A DNA stretch of 64,000 nucleotides, from assembly GCA_025603075.1 (NCBI GenBank), contig MU626295.1, positions 62,001 through 126,000 of the forward strand, written 5' to 3'. The notes under the pieces are model-generated. The model searched no databases. It worked only from the letters and a program-made list of their open reading frames with translations, and was not told the DNA's origin. This document shows, one piece after another, positions 11,404 through 25,980 of the stretch. Each line of letters opens with the position of its first letter. Positions within the stretch are counted from its first letter, which is position 1. The DNA comes from Neoconidiobolus thromboides FSU 785 (taxonomy: Eukaryota > Fungi > Entomophthoromycota). The translations under genes and the position numbers were made by a program.

Positions 11404-12612
11404 ATGACGGATCGATTACCACCCAATTTATTAAAACTATTTGCTCCTAGACCACCGATGCCATATTTAGCCCCAATGGATCGAGATGAAGATGAAAGAA
11501 CAGGACCAGTTATTTCTGGTATTGCTTCAGCACTCAAGTTTTTGGATGAAGAAAAAAAAAGAGAGTTTAAACCAACGGAAACAATTGACCAATGGAGAGA
11601 GAGAAAAGTAAGTTAAATTGTTTTTTTATACTTGGTTTTAATTTAAAAAAAATGAGATATTAATAACATTCATTGAATTAGATGAAAGAACGTGCTGAAC
11701 TTTGTCATATGACTCTTCAAAATAGAGCTCAAAATTGTAAGTTTAAGAGAATAAGAACCTTTTTTTTAAAATTAAATTCATGTTCTTTTTTCATTTTATA
11801 GGGAAACCAAATGAAAATCCAAACGCTACTAGTGACCCATTTAAAACTTTAATCGTGGCTAGGCTTGTATGGTCTTATTCAAAAACTATCAAAATTAATA
11901 ACAATTTTTCATTTTTTTATTAGGCTTATGATGTAACGGAATCAGATCTTCGTAAAGAGTTAGAATATTATGGACCTTTGAAAAAAGTATTTATATTAAG
12001 AATTAATTTATCTTTTAACCAATAACTAATCATCAACTAGATAAAAATGGTTCAAAATAAAGAAACAAATGAACCAAGAGGTTATGCTTTTGTGGAATTT
12101 GAAAGAGAAAAAGATATGAAAGGTAATTCAATTTATTAGTTTATAAAATGACAATACTAATAATTATTATAGCTGCTTATCATGAAGCGGATGGTGTGCG
12201 TCTTCGCGGCAAAAGAATTTTAATTGATGTTGAACGTGGACGTACAGTTAAAGATTGGAAACCACGTTCTTTAGGTAATACACCTTATATATCACCTTCT
12301 CTAACTTAAACTAACTCATTAACTTTAGGTGGTGGTCTTGGTTACACTCGTAAAGGTAAAAAAGAAGAAAATCAAAAGAACAGTGGAAGAGCTAGAGAGC
12401 CAGCTGCTCCAAGAGAACGCGAACGTGATTCTTACGATGGACATCGTGAAAGAGAGAGGAGAAGAAGTCGCTCACCATATGGTAGTAGAAATCGGGAACG
12501 TAATTATGATCGATATAGAGAAAACCGATATCACGATCGTGACTCCCATCGTCCACCACCAAGGGATTATGATCGTCCTCGTGAATATGAACATGGGTAT
12601 TATCGTCGTTAA
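11404..12612 (+). CDS. SNP1: U1 snRNP 70K protein; 7 exons
   Basis: [43 protein letters not shown] (RRM), [22 protein letters not shown] and an RD/RE/RS-rich tail. TAA at 12610-12612. Confidence 0.95.
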
Positions 12613-13263
12613 TCAATGGTAGGTGAGTTTTTAACAAAAAACTATGGCTTTGCTTGGTTACAGTTATAAGAGATATTTTTTTCTACATTTTTTTTTGATA
12701 GGTATTTTTAATAAAAATAAAATACATCCTATATATTTAATTGTCAGGTAAGTTGGGTAAGATATTGACCTGAAGTTTAATTTAGTTTGTAAGCTGGAAG
12801 ATACTAAGAATGTTTCAATTGTTAAGGTAAGCTTGGTAAGATATAAGAAATCTTGCTTTGCTTTTTAGTTGATAATTTTAAGTTTTTTAATATTAATTAG
12901 GCTAGTTTTATGTAATTAATAGAATTGTAAATTTATTATATTTAATTAAAATAAACAAGTAAAGTTAAATTTAAAGAACGTCTATCAAATTAAAGTGTAT
13001 TTTTATTGTTAATAAAATGATTAAACCCGTACGTTTTGTTTTTTTAAAGTGTTTTTGTTATTATAATTACTACTATTATTAACTATTAAGTTAATTAAAA
13101 CTGAATCAGTTATTCTTGATATTTATATTAATTATTATTCATATAATAATGAAAGAACTAAATTCACATTAATAGCCTCATTTCTCTTTATTTTATTTAT
13201 AACTCAATCAAAGATATATCAATATATAATTCAATTAACATTTAATAAAAAAGTGTATTGAAT

Positions 13264-13781
13264 TTAACGTCCAAATGGACCACCTCGACCTCTACCACGA
13301 GGAGCCATACCTAATAATAAGAACATTATTAAACCCCAACCTTTATAAAAAAAAAAGAAACTAAATAAAAACGGATTACTTACCAACTCTACCACGACCA
13401 CGGATCAAATTTTGGCCTCTGCCTCTTAAAGCCCCTGGTAACATTGTTTTAAACATTGGAGCATTCTTAAGCATATCAGGTACCACAAAATAACGAATAT
13501 GTGAACCACGAATATATAATTGATCTAATTGCATTACTCGTCCATCCCTAGCTGTCATCGTTATCTCTCTTAATTGTATATTCATATTGTCTTCAGCTAA
13601 AATTAAAAGTATTATCAGTTTAAATAATTATGTTTCTTTTTTTTAGATAAAAAAGAAAATTGAATAATACTAACTTACCATCTTGAAGTTTACCACGATA
13701 AAGAGTACCATTGGTAATTTCGACGGTAACTATATGACCCGTAGATTCATGTAATAATTTGATAGGGACACCTAAAACCAT
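13264..13781 (-). CDS. SMD3: Sm core protein SmD3; 3 exons
   Basis: [21 protein letters not shown]...[16 protein letters not shown]...[22 protein letters not shown], followed by an RG-rich tail ending [10 protein letters not shown]. Confidence 0.95.
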
Positions 13782-14184
13782 TTTGTTTGTTTTGTCCTTT
13801 TTATTTTTTAAAGAATAAGCTTTTGTTGAACTTGCTTCTTTTTGTTAAATTTAATTATGGGAAATTTGTATATAATTGAAAGTTCATTCGATTCTATTGG
13901 TGGACTAGAAGATGCTCGAATCGAATGATGGATAATTTGGTTGCTTGTTTTGAAAGATAGATTTGTGTCACTAATTAGTAAATTAGTTACAATTTGGGTG
14001 CGATTTGTAGGGTTCTATATGTAATTATAAGGTAGAATTAAAAACAGAATGTTTTAATTAATATTTGACTAGTGGCATAGTAATATTTCTTTGAATTGCA
14101 GAATAGAAGTTACTTTAAGACCTATTAGGAAGTGTTTGATAGAGTTACAGCTCAATAAAAATGATGATGACTGCGAACCAAATA

Positions 14185-14289
14185 AATGGGGATGTTTTTT
14201 TGGCTTTATTACTTTTTACATCTTCTAAGCAGTATTTGAGCGAAAAAATTGTTAGCAAAATTCTTAAATACAAAAATACATTCCCAAAT
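14185..14289 (-). mobile_element. MITE-like element copy
   Basis: AATGGGGATGTTTTTTTGG...AATACATTCCCAAAT; core in reverse orientation. Confidence 0.75.
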
Positions 14290-15830
14290 GGTAAATTAAC
14301 CAATTAAAATTAGGTTCAAACTTATAAACCAAAGTCAATTTAGCTTGATCTAGCCACCCTTTTAATTATCTATATACAAAAATGACAGTGGACTTTAAGC
14401 GTTTATCAGATATATTATTAAGGTAGGTCTTTAAACTAATGGATCCAGGAAAGCTTTTTAAATTTCAATTTCTGGACAAGTATTTATTTTTAGTTGTTGA
14501 TAAGAGGCTATCAAGCATAAGTTGACTTATTCGGTTTATAATCAAGTAAAGTATATAAAACGTCGTCACTGTCAAGAAAACTTTATCAAGTAAAATAGTT
14601 TGTTGATTAAACACTTAATTATACATATCTGCAATACTAAATTTTGGATTATTGTCAAAATATAAAATCATTAAATTATATATTAGTGTCGGATTTATAC
14701 AACAATAATAGTAATGATAGTAAATAAACCCTGAATTACCATGTTTAAAGAGATTGAAGATAGCATCAACTGATTACAAACAATCAATAAAGAAATTAGA
14801 AGATTAGTTAAAGCAAATTGAGGCGTTTGGAATTTGCGGAATTAGCTTAAACACTGAGGAGATTTCTAACTTTATTAATTTAAATAATTTAAAGATGTTT
14901 AAACTATGTTCATATGACGATGTTTCTTTTAAGGCTTTGGACATCATCAAAACCAAATTTAATAAATTGTAACTACTAAAGACAAAATCAAGCAACTATA
15001 TAAAAAATTGCCGTAAAGCTAATCCGAATATAAGCTTTAATTTGAGTTTAAAATTGAGAATTCAAGAGAACTTCAATATCGGTTTTTACATCCAACACCT
15101 CAGTGAGGTAAAGCAATTTAGAAGTATAAACATAACCAATAGTCATGACAAAAAGTTTTGTGCTTATCGTTTAAACAATGATATGAGGATATATAAAAAC
15201 GGCACTCCTACTATTTTCGGTAATTTTATTTTAGACAATGAGCATGATTTTGATTTTTTAAATTTATCAGCACTAAAAGTCTTCTTTACCTTTTTATGAA
15301 GACTATTAGATTTAATTCAATCATTATCAAATATAAAACCCATTGATTTTGATAAATTAAGAGATGATAGTAGTTTATATTATAATTCTAAAGTAAAAGA
15401 AGTAGCTTTGATTATAACAAAAATACTTTGGACAGATATAAAAAAGTAAAATCTATTGTATTTAAGGACCTTCAAACGTAGTTTGAGAATTTTGTTTATT
15501 TGCTATTCCGTTTTTCAAATTTTGAATATTTGCATGCCACGGCTTTTAAGTTAATAAGCATTAAATCAAGAGTTAGTCACAACCCTATTATCCCTTTTTT
15601 ATTCACTACAACTTGTATAAACTAATGTATTATAAATAAGCAATTAGTCGTTTCATGAGTATACATTATGTAACTTACATGGCGATATGGCACTATAGCA
15701 ATATAGTTTAATATAATTTATTGATATAATGAAACTTATTTTAAGATGATTCAAATTGTAATTAAATATTAATACTAAAAAGTTTAAGCTAATATTGCTA
15801 TAGTAAAACCATAAACACTATAGATTTAAG

Positions 15831-15923
15831 ATATGGGAGTGTTTTTTTTAACTTCATTATTTTTTCCATTATTTAAGCGGAAAAATTGTTAGTAAAATTC
15901 TTAAACAAAAATACATCCCATAT
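15831..15923 (-). mobile_element. MITE-like element copy with internal deletion
   Basis: ATATGGGAGTG...AATACATCCCATAT; about 12 bp shorter than other copies. Confidence 0.75.
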
Positions 15924-16594
15924 TAAGTTCTTACATGTAGCATGTAGCTATAGGTTAAATTGTATATTAAAATAGCTTTTATATCAATCTTTATATTACT
16001 TATTATTTATATAAGGGTTGGACTATTGTATATAAAAAGAATAGTAGAGGCTACAGAAATTTGCTTATATAAGGATAGGTCAAAAAGTTCAAAAAGTAAT
16101 GAGGCTAGAAAAATGCTAGAAGGCTGATTTTTTACAAGTGTAATTTATAAGGATGTAATATATTATTTAAAAAGTTTTAAAATATCAGTCAGCAGTTTTT
16201 ATAAATTAATAAATGCAAAGAATAATCTAAAAATTACTAAAAGAATTTATTTGGATTTGTTATAAAAAAAGCTATTTTTTAATTATAAAAGGTATTATTT
16301 TTATATTTCCATATTTATAATTCACGATTATAGTAGAGAATTATAACTGTTATTGTATTCAACATATATAACATCTTAATATAAAATATAGTTTTTTTAA
16401 ACTTTATTATGTATAATTTTAGTAAATTTATTTCATTTTTTAGTTATATTACTTTTTTACTAATTTCTTGTATACTTTATGTTTCTTTATTTATAAAGTT
16501 ATTTTAGTTATTAAAGCTTTTTTTTTAAACTTAGTATAAATAATTAAAAAACTTTTACAGTTTTTTTTATTAAATATTATGTTTTATAATAAAC

Positions 16595-16698
16595 ATTTGA
16601 GGATATATATTTTTGCTTAACAATTTTAAGCAATTTTTCCACTCAAATAGTGTTTAAAAGATGAAAAAAACAATGAAACCAAAAAACATTGCCATTTG
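16595..16698 (+). mobile_element. Degenerate MITE-like copy
   Basis: Core TTTTTCCACTCAAATAGTGTTTAAAAGATGAAAAAAACAATGAAACC with decayed termini. Confidence 0.55.
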
Positions 16699-16946
16699 TA
16701 AAAAACCTTAGTTAAAGTTAAATTGCTGCTAATCAAAAATAAACCTTTTTTATGGCAATGTTATTGAAGTAGATTTTTTATTACTTTAACGAACTACTTT
16801 TTTAAACAAAGCTTATTAATTAACTCATAATAGTATTTCAACAACCATTTATAGCACTTATAATAATAAAGGATGTCAAGAGTTATCTGATGACTGATAA
16901 GCTTAAGATTTTCAAATGAAGATAAATTGTTTGTACAGAAATTCAA

Positions 16947-17050
16947 ATATGGGATGTATCTTTGTGTTTAAGAATTTTACTAACAAATTCTCCACTTAAA
17001 TAGCGCTTAAAAAATGGAAAAATAGTGAAGTCAAAAAAAACATTCCCATA
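16947..17050 (+). mobile_element. MITE-like element copy
   Basis: ATATGGGATGTATC...AAATAGCGCTTAAAAAATGGAAAA...CATTCCCATA. Confidence 0.8.
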
Positions 17051-19372
17051 ACAGTATTTTCAACACATCACGTTTCTTTTAAGAAAAATATTTAAATAAA
17101 CTGAAGTAATTAATTCAACAAAAAGTATTAACAAAAACAAACAAAAATCTAAATTTTTGTTATAATATTTTAAGCCATTCACTTTTGTTGATAGTTTCTA
17201 TTGAATTTTTTTCTTCAGTTTATTTGGATTTCTTACTTGATATACTCATGATAGTTTAAAAATACTGTATTAGCCTGGAAAAATGAATTTATTTTTAGAC
17301 AATCACATAAAGAATAACTATAGATATTCATGAAGAAAACCCATATTAAAATTTTACGAAGATGTTTTTTCCTCAAAATTTTGCTCAGTTTTAAGCAGTT
17401 AAAATTATATCGTATATATTTCTAAACCGAAAAACATGCTTATTTTTTATTGTGTTAAATTCAAAGTTGATGATAATAAACTATATTAATTTATCAATAG
17501 TTATAAAATTATATATATTTTAAAGATAGGAATTTTTAAAATAGAATATCAAGGGGTAAACTGAAATTACTAAATAAAAAAGGAGCAAAATAAGAAAAAA
17601 TAGAGCTATAATTTATTAAAACTATTTTTAAGGTTAAATTTTAAATCGATTGAAGTGAAAGGCAATTTACTATTTTTGAAAACAAAGACTTTAAAAATAC
17701 AGGGTCAAAAAGTTATTGAAAGAGCTAATATATTCGAAATTATAAAAAAAATATAATTCTTAGCCGATATGTTTTAAAATGTAACAATAGTATATTTAAG
17801 AAGTATAAAAAATTTATATAGCTCAAAAGTAAGTTGTAAACTAAGTAACTGATTTAAAATATTACTTTTAAAGGTAATACAAATGCTATTGGATATTTTT
17901 AAGGAAAATGGTTTTCTGTTTTACATTTCCCTAAGAAATAGTGGGAAAAAGTTAAAGTTATTTAAATTTAAGCCACTTTAATAAGCTATAAAGTTTTAAG
18001 AGATTTGTTCTCACAGTAGATTTATTTTGAAATAAAATCTATATATTAAAATATTCAAAGTTTGTTGGATTTAATAAATCTTAAAATAGTTTTTTTATAG
18101 AATTTATCTATTAAAAAACTACTAGATCTATAAATAAAATATTTTGTGTTATTTTTATATTGAAGTTAACTTTTGTATTTTGAATTGCCTCAAAATAGGA
18201 AAGGTCCTTGAATTATTTACCAAACAGATTCTGTTAGGGAATATTACAGGAAGATAGATCTAAAAATTCCTTAATTGAAAATAGCCTATTGTACAATGCT
18301 CAATGCGCCGATATTTTGTATATGTTGCTTCCTAATATAAAAATAATATTAAATTACAAGTATTTTTAGAATGTAGGTCTTGTAATAATTTTCTATTATC
18401 TATTGTTTTATTTATTATTAATTGATTTAATTTAATTAAAGTCTTCCCTATTTTTAGCTTCACTTTTATGCTAGTAATTATAACCTTAATAAGAACCTTA
18501 AACTTCCAATGAATAGGTGTTAGGAGCTCTGAAACCTTGCTTTAGAATAAGTAACCGTTAATGATAGATTATAGGCATTTAACAAAAAAATTGATGGATT
18601 TTTAAATGATAGAAAAGGTGCCAACAGTTCAAATTTTTCGACACCGAAATGATTTACCAACTTTTTTTTTTTGAATATTCTTAATTTTAAAATGTCTGTT
18701 TTTTTCATTGTTGAAATCATACTTTGTGTACTCCTTTAAAACATTCATTTGAAATATAACGAATTAAAATTAAATATTCCAAATATGCCCAATTATGTTA
18801 TGGCTGATTTAAGTTAGAAAGCCTATCAAAACTGACTTGAACATCTATTTATGGAATAGTAATTTATTTGAAATCATAAGCTTTTGGAACAAGAAAAATA
18901 AAAGCCAATTATTTTGAAGTTTAGAGTATAAACTTAACTTTATTAGTAAAATCCAGGAAATTTAGGAACTGGCTAATTCAAACAATATAAGATCTTTCCG
19001 CTAAAACTATAACATCTCATCCATATATATATTTTATATTCCCACTCAAATGTGGCATGATTTATTTTCTTATTAATTTATTTGAATCATTAGGCCTATT
19101 TATTAATATCAGCTTAACATTAAAAATCATCTTTTTCACCTTAATCTAACGGTATCCCCAAGTTTTAAGTTTGAAATACTGTGGGGAATTTTTTTATCAA
19201 CCATTATTTTACCAATTTTAACTTGTTAACTTTGTGACAACTTACTGTTTACTCTTAATTATCAACTACGTTTGTCTATTGTTTGTTTATTTTAGACCTG
19301 ACTTTTCTTTTATTTAATCCTTTCTTGTTTTTAATATAATACTTAATTTAATATAATTTAATTTAATATAAA

Positions 19373-22006
19373 ATGGATTTCCTTGACCCGGTTGATATTG
19401 ATCCTCGTTATCCAGGTAGAAGGCAATCCAAGCTGCTATACCAAGTAATACAATCTCAAGTAGGTCTTTTAAATATTATTTTTAAACATATTCTAACTAT
19501 TTTTAAAGAATGGTTCCCAATCTTCAAATCCAAATTCAAGGCTAAGTGTGTATAAAAATAGTCAAGCTGATGCTATAAAATTAAATCATCGTCAAACTGT
19601 CTATAAAACTTCAATGGACCCACCCAGTCCTGATTCTCGTCAAAGTATATATAGAACAGTTGCTGATGGCACTAAAATAAATTCTCATGGTGGTATTAGG
19701 ACAATGGTTGAAGGGAGCAGAGAAAGTTCGCGTCAAAGTGTTTACAGAACGGTAATGCCTGAAGGTAGCAAAGCAAGCTCCCGTCAAAGCGTTTACAAGA
19801 CCACACTTCCAGAAAGCCACAAATCTACTTCCGGAAGATCTAGATCTAAAACTTGTACTCCAGGGGATGTAAGCAGTACTTCCCCAATACGTTCTAAAAC
19901 ACTTTTCAATGAAGCGTTACTAAGTAGAAAATCCTATCACCAACCTTCTTCCGAAAAGCTATCAACGTCACCTAAAACTCGACCAGCTCACCTCATATCC
20001 AATTCAGACAAATCTCATTCCCGAAAATCAAAATATCAGACTGCTGTTTCTCCTGAAGTCAGCACATCACCCCCTATCTCTATTCCTGGAAAAATCACAA
20101 CTGATGAAGGTGATATTCTTGTTTTATCATCTAAATCTCCCAAAGGATCTCCAGAATCTATTTATTCAAAAGAGGAATCACAGGGTGATTTCAAAAATGA
20201 CATTCTTGATAATTCTGATGATAAAGGTTCTACTCCAGACGATTTATTTGGAGATTCAAATATTAAAGAAAAGAAAGATGTCGATATCGATACTCCAACA
20301 TCTCTTCTTACTGAGGTTGGAGATTACCTTATTAAAAGAGATATTGGACAAGGAACATTTGGTGTTGTCAAACTTGCCGAGCATAAAGTAACCAAACTTA
20401 CGGTAAGTATTTCCTAAATTTCCAAATATTTTTTCTAATATTGATCTAGGTCGCCATTAAAGTCATTACTAAAGCTTCAATTAAAAATGCCCGTGCTCGA
20501 GCTAGGGTTGAACAGGAGCTTCGACTTTTGCCACTACTTGATCACCCAAACATTGTCAAAGTTTATGAAGTTATTGAGGATGAAGAACGCTACATGATTG
20601 TTATGGAACACATCTCAGGTGGAGAGTTGTTTCAATATATTGTAAAAAATCGTCGAGTAAATGAAAGGGAATCTCGTTACTTCTTTCGGCAGATTGTATC
20701 AGCATTACAATACTGTCATCATAATTCAATAATACATAGAGATATGAAACCAGAAAACTTGCTATTAGATTCTAAAATGCAAATTAAACTGATCGATTTT
20801 GGTTTTGCCAGTTTTTATCATCCCGAAGGTACCCTTTCAACCTTTTGTGGGTCTCCTTATTATGCATCTCCTGAAATGGTCCGTGGCCTTGACTACGTAG
20901 GGCCAGAAGTGGACATATGGAGTTTAGGTGTCACTCTTTATACTATGCTTTCAGGAAAATTACCATTTAACGCATATAACCTTAAAAGCTTCCAAAGAAA
21001 AGTTACCCGGGGTGAATATGAAATACCTGTATATTTTTCCAAGGAAGTCACTGATTTAATTCGTTGTACTCTTAATACGGATCGTCGTAAGCGTATTTCT
21101 ATTGATAACATTCGTTTACATCCATGGACTAATGCTGGATATTCTGATCTCCCAAGTGGGCATTTAATGATTCGCCCACCTATTGTAAGGAATCCAGATA
21201 TTGAAATAATGAAACTTCTTGATCCATATGGATACAAACTTGAAGAAGTTAAACTTGTCCTTCTCACAAACAATCGTGCTATAAACCCAGTTTATTGCTT
21301 ATATCACCTTCTAGAAGAAAGTAAATCTAGGAGAGAAAAAGAAAAGGCCAAGGTAGAAAAACAACGTCAAAAATCACTAAAAAGAACTCAAACTTTAAAG
21401 ATTGATACTTCTGTTGCTGGTGAGCATAAGGTAATGGAAGAAGAAAGATCACCAGATCAAGAAGAAAATGAGTTGATTTCAACAGAAAAATCTAGACGTT
21501 ATAGTATAGATACTACCCATGACGATAACTTTTCAGAAGACCTTCCACTTTCTCAAACCCCTCTTAAAGCAGCTGGTAGATCCTTCGATTCAATTTCTAG
21601 ACGTCAGCATGATCAGTCAAAAATAAGACCAGTCATTGCTAACAATATCGGTGTAAATAATAGTGATGGAGTTTCACAAAGTGGGTTAAGAAACCCATTA
21701 TTAATCGAAAAAGAGCCAAAAGAGGGGTGGTTTACTGGGCTTTTCAATGTGTCTACAACGTCTAATAAACCACACCAACAAATTGTTCAAGAGCTTGAAA
21801 GAGTGATGACTAATTTGCAAATAGAGTTCCAACAACTGGAGTCACGATTTGTATGTGAGAGCAAAGAAAATAAACTAGCATTTGAAGTACGTATTATGTG
21901 GAAGGATTCGGTTAAAGCATTTATGATATGTTTTAAAAATTTAAAAGGCTCATCATGGGCACATAAAAAATTTTGCTACAAAATTATTCAAAGGATGTTT
22001 ATATAA
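19373..22006 (+). CDS. Kin1/MARK(Par-1)-like CAMK-group kinase with long N-terminal extension and KA1-like C-terminus; 3 exons
   Basis: Exon 1 MDFLDPVD...IQSQ, then GT-AG introns near 19460-19509 and 20403-20449. Motifs IGQGTFGVVK, VAIK, HRDMKPEN, DFG and TFCGSPYYASPE. C-terminal LFNVSTTSNK...KGSSWAHKKFCYKIIQ resembles KA1. Confidence 0.85.
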
Positions 22007-23073
22007 TAACTTAAGGATTACTATTTATACTATACAGTGAAATCGGTTTTAAATATTTTATGCTAACAATAAAGAATATATTTGGTTTTATATTTTCAGT
22101 TTTTATTGAGCTTTTATATCTTTTGAGAACAAATTGCCAAGATGTTGTGCATTAAATTAACAGGGATCCAATATTAAGGTATTCTAATAATTAAAAACTT
22201 GAATCGCTTTAATACAATTGAGTAATAATTTTAGATTTAAAGTATTGGCAAAGCTATAAATAGATAAATTTAATTTGTGAAGCTGCAGCAAATGAGATTT
22301 TAGTTTGGAGCAATTCACAAATTTTAAATTTATGCCTATAAATCATAAGTATTTTGCGTTATCCCTGGTTTATTTAAATTATATCCGAAAGCTCATATTT
22401 TAACTAGTTAGTGATACCAAGAATAAGTCACAAATAGAGAACATAAAACAAAACACGCGCACACATATCAAAGTAGCATTACTCTTGAAAAATCATATTT
22501 TTTATATTAAGCAAATATTCTAATTAACTACTTTTACAATTTGAGACAAATTATATCTTTAATAAAAAAATCCAAATTACTATATAGCTTCAGTAGTATA
22601 ATAAAGTTAGAACTTATTAGAGAAGGGTTATTATTTTAGCACTATTATAATTAAAAGATATTGTATAGCTTTTATTAACGCTTATATTTATAATGCTCAG
22701 AGTTTTATTGTAATTAAAATCTAGTATATATATAAAATAATTTATATTTAAAGGATGTTAATTAGTTATACTTTGTGGCATTTGCTGTAAACGATATGGT
22801 AGACAATAGGGCCAGTTGTTTAAATACAATAGTAGAAATAGTAGAAATTGCATTTAGCATAAGTTCAGTGTGATCTTAATGGCTAAATTTCAATGTGAGT
22901 TCAAAAGCATTTTATATTTTTTTATAGTTAATAAATCATTACCATTATTTTTAAAATAATAATATTGTGTATTGTATACTGATATAATAGCTTTAGTATG
23001 GCATTATAGTTGCTTCCTCAACTAAATCTCAAATATAGTCGATATCTATTAATATATTGAAACATTACATTTA

Positions 23074-24936
<1,863 letters not shown>

Positions 24937-25844
24937 CTATAAATATGAAGCTGTTTTTTGGCTATCTATTTATAGTTTAGTTTTACATTATTAATACTAA
25001 ACTATAATATGGTATCATTCTATATTATAATTACGCTAATGGTCACCCTTTTATTTCAAACAGCTTTATCTATAAAATAATATGAAATATTTTACTTATA
25101 TCACGTCATTTTTGACTGTTATGATTCATTTAACACTACCATTATTTTTTAATTTAGTTAAGGCATAAAAATTGCCTTATCATTTTTTATCATTTCAATA
25201 TAAAAGTTAATAATAATAATTTGAGATATTTGACATTTAGTTTGTTTTTACTTATCACTAATCTGAATACTATAAAAATCTCAAAGACTGACTCCAATAG
25301 TATTCATAATCAAATATTGATTTATTTGAAGTAAAATTTTGAACATTGTAAATATAAAAGTTACTTTAAAAAGTAGTTCAATTATGTCCCAAATCATTTG
25401 TTTTATAAATTTTCAAATATCAACATCAAAGTATTAATCTATTTTTTATAAATAAATTTAAGTTTTATCATAGATTTATTTAAAATTGATAATATTTACT
25501 TTATGATATTTTATTTCTCAAGCTTAAACTTTAAAAGTTTGTTTATTAAATTCTTAAATATAAAACATGCCAATATACTCTTAAAAATATTCAAATATTA
25601 TTTAAATATCAATATCCCAATAAGTATGTGTTGATATTTGTTTATATATATAATATCTTAATTTATAAAGTTTACTATAGTTTTAGTTTATAAAGAATTT
25701 AATAAAAAAAGTATATTGGTAATGACATATTTGATATTTAATTTAAAAGTCAGCTTTAATAAAAGATTTAAAAATTGGTATTTATCATTTACAATCTTTT
25801 CAAAATCTAAATACAAATCAGTTAGTAATAATATAATTATTATA

Positions 25845-25980
25845 TTTTTTTAGTTTCATTACTTTTCTATTTTTAAGTGCTATTTGAGTGGAAAGATTAT
25901 TAGTAAAATTCTTAAATAAAAAAATATATCTTCATATGTATATGTGGAGTGTTTTATGGTCATATTACTTTTTCACTTTT
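25845..25980 (-). mobile_element. Degenerate MITE-like copy plus adjacent fragment
   Basis: TTAGTTTCATTACTTTTCTATTTTTAAGTGCTATTTGAGTGGAAAG...ATCTTCATAT, immediately followed by ATATGTGGAGTGTTTT... Confidence 0.6.

Noticed and set aside
12329-12637. Overlapping ORFs 12329-12622 (+) and 12392-12637 (-)
   Set aside because: These are alternative or antisense frames of the repetitive RD/RE tail of U1-70K.
19611-21273. Shadow ORFs within the Kin1-like kinase (19611, 20104, 20938), and similar ones in CAP, LAT1, TMS1, eIF3c and the RSL1D1-like gene
   Set aside because: They lie inside well-supported CDSs on other frames or strands and have no recognisable motifs.
22770-22890. Slightly GC-richer patch between the kinase and MET3
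   Set aside because: I found no convincing ORF, RNA fold, snoRNA boxes or second copy.
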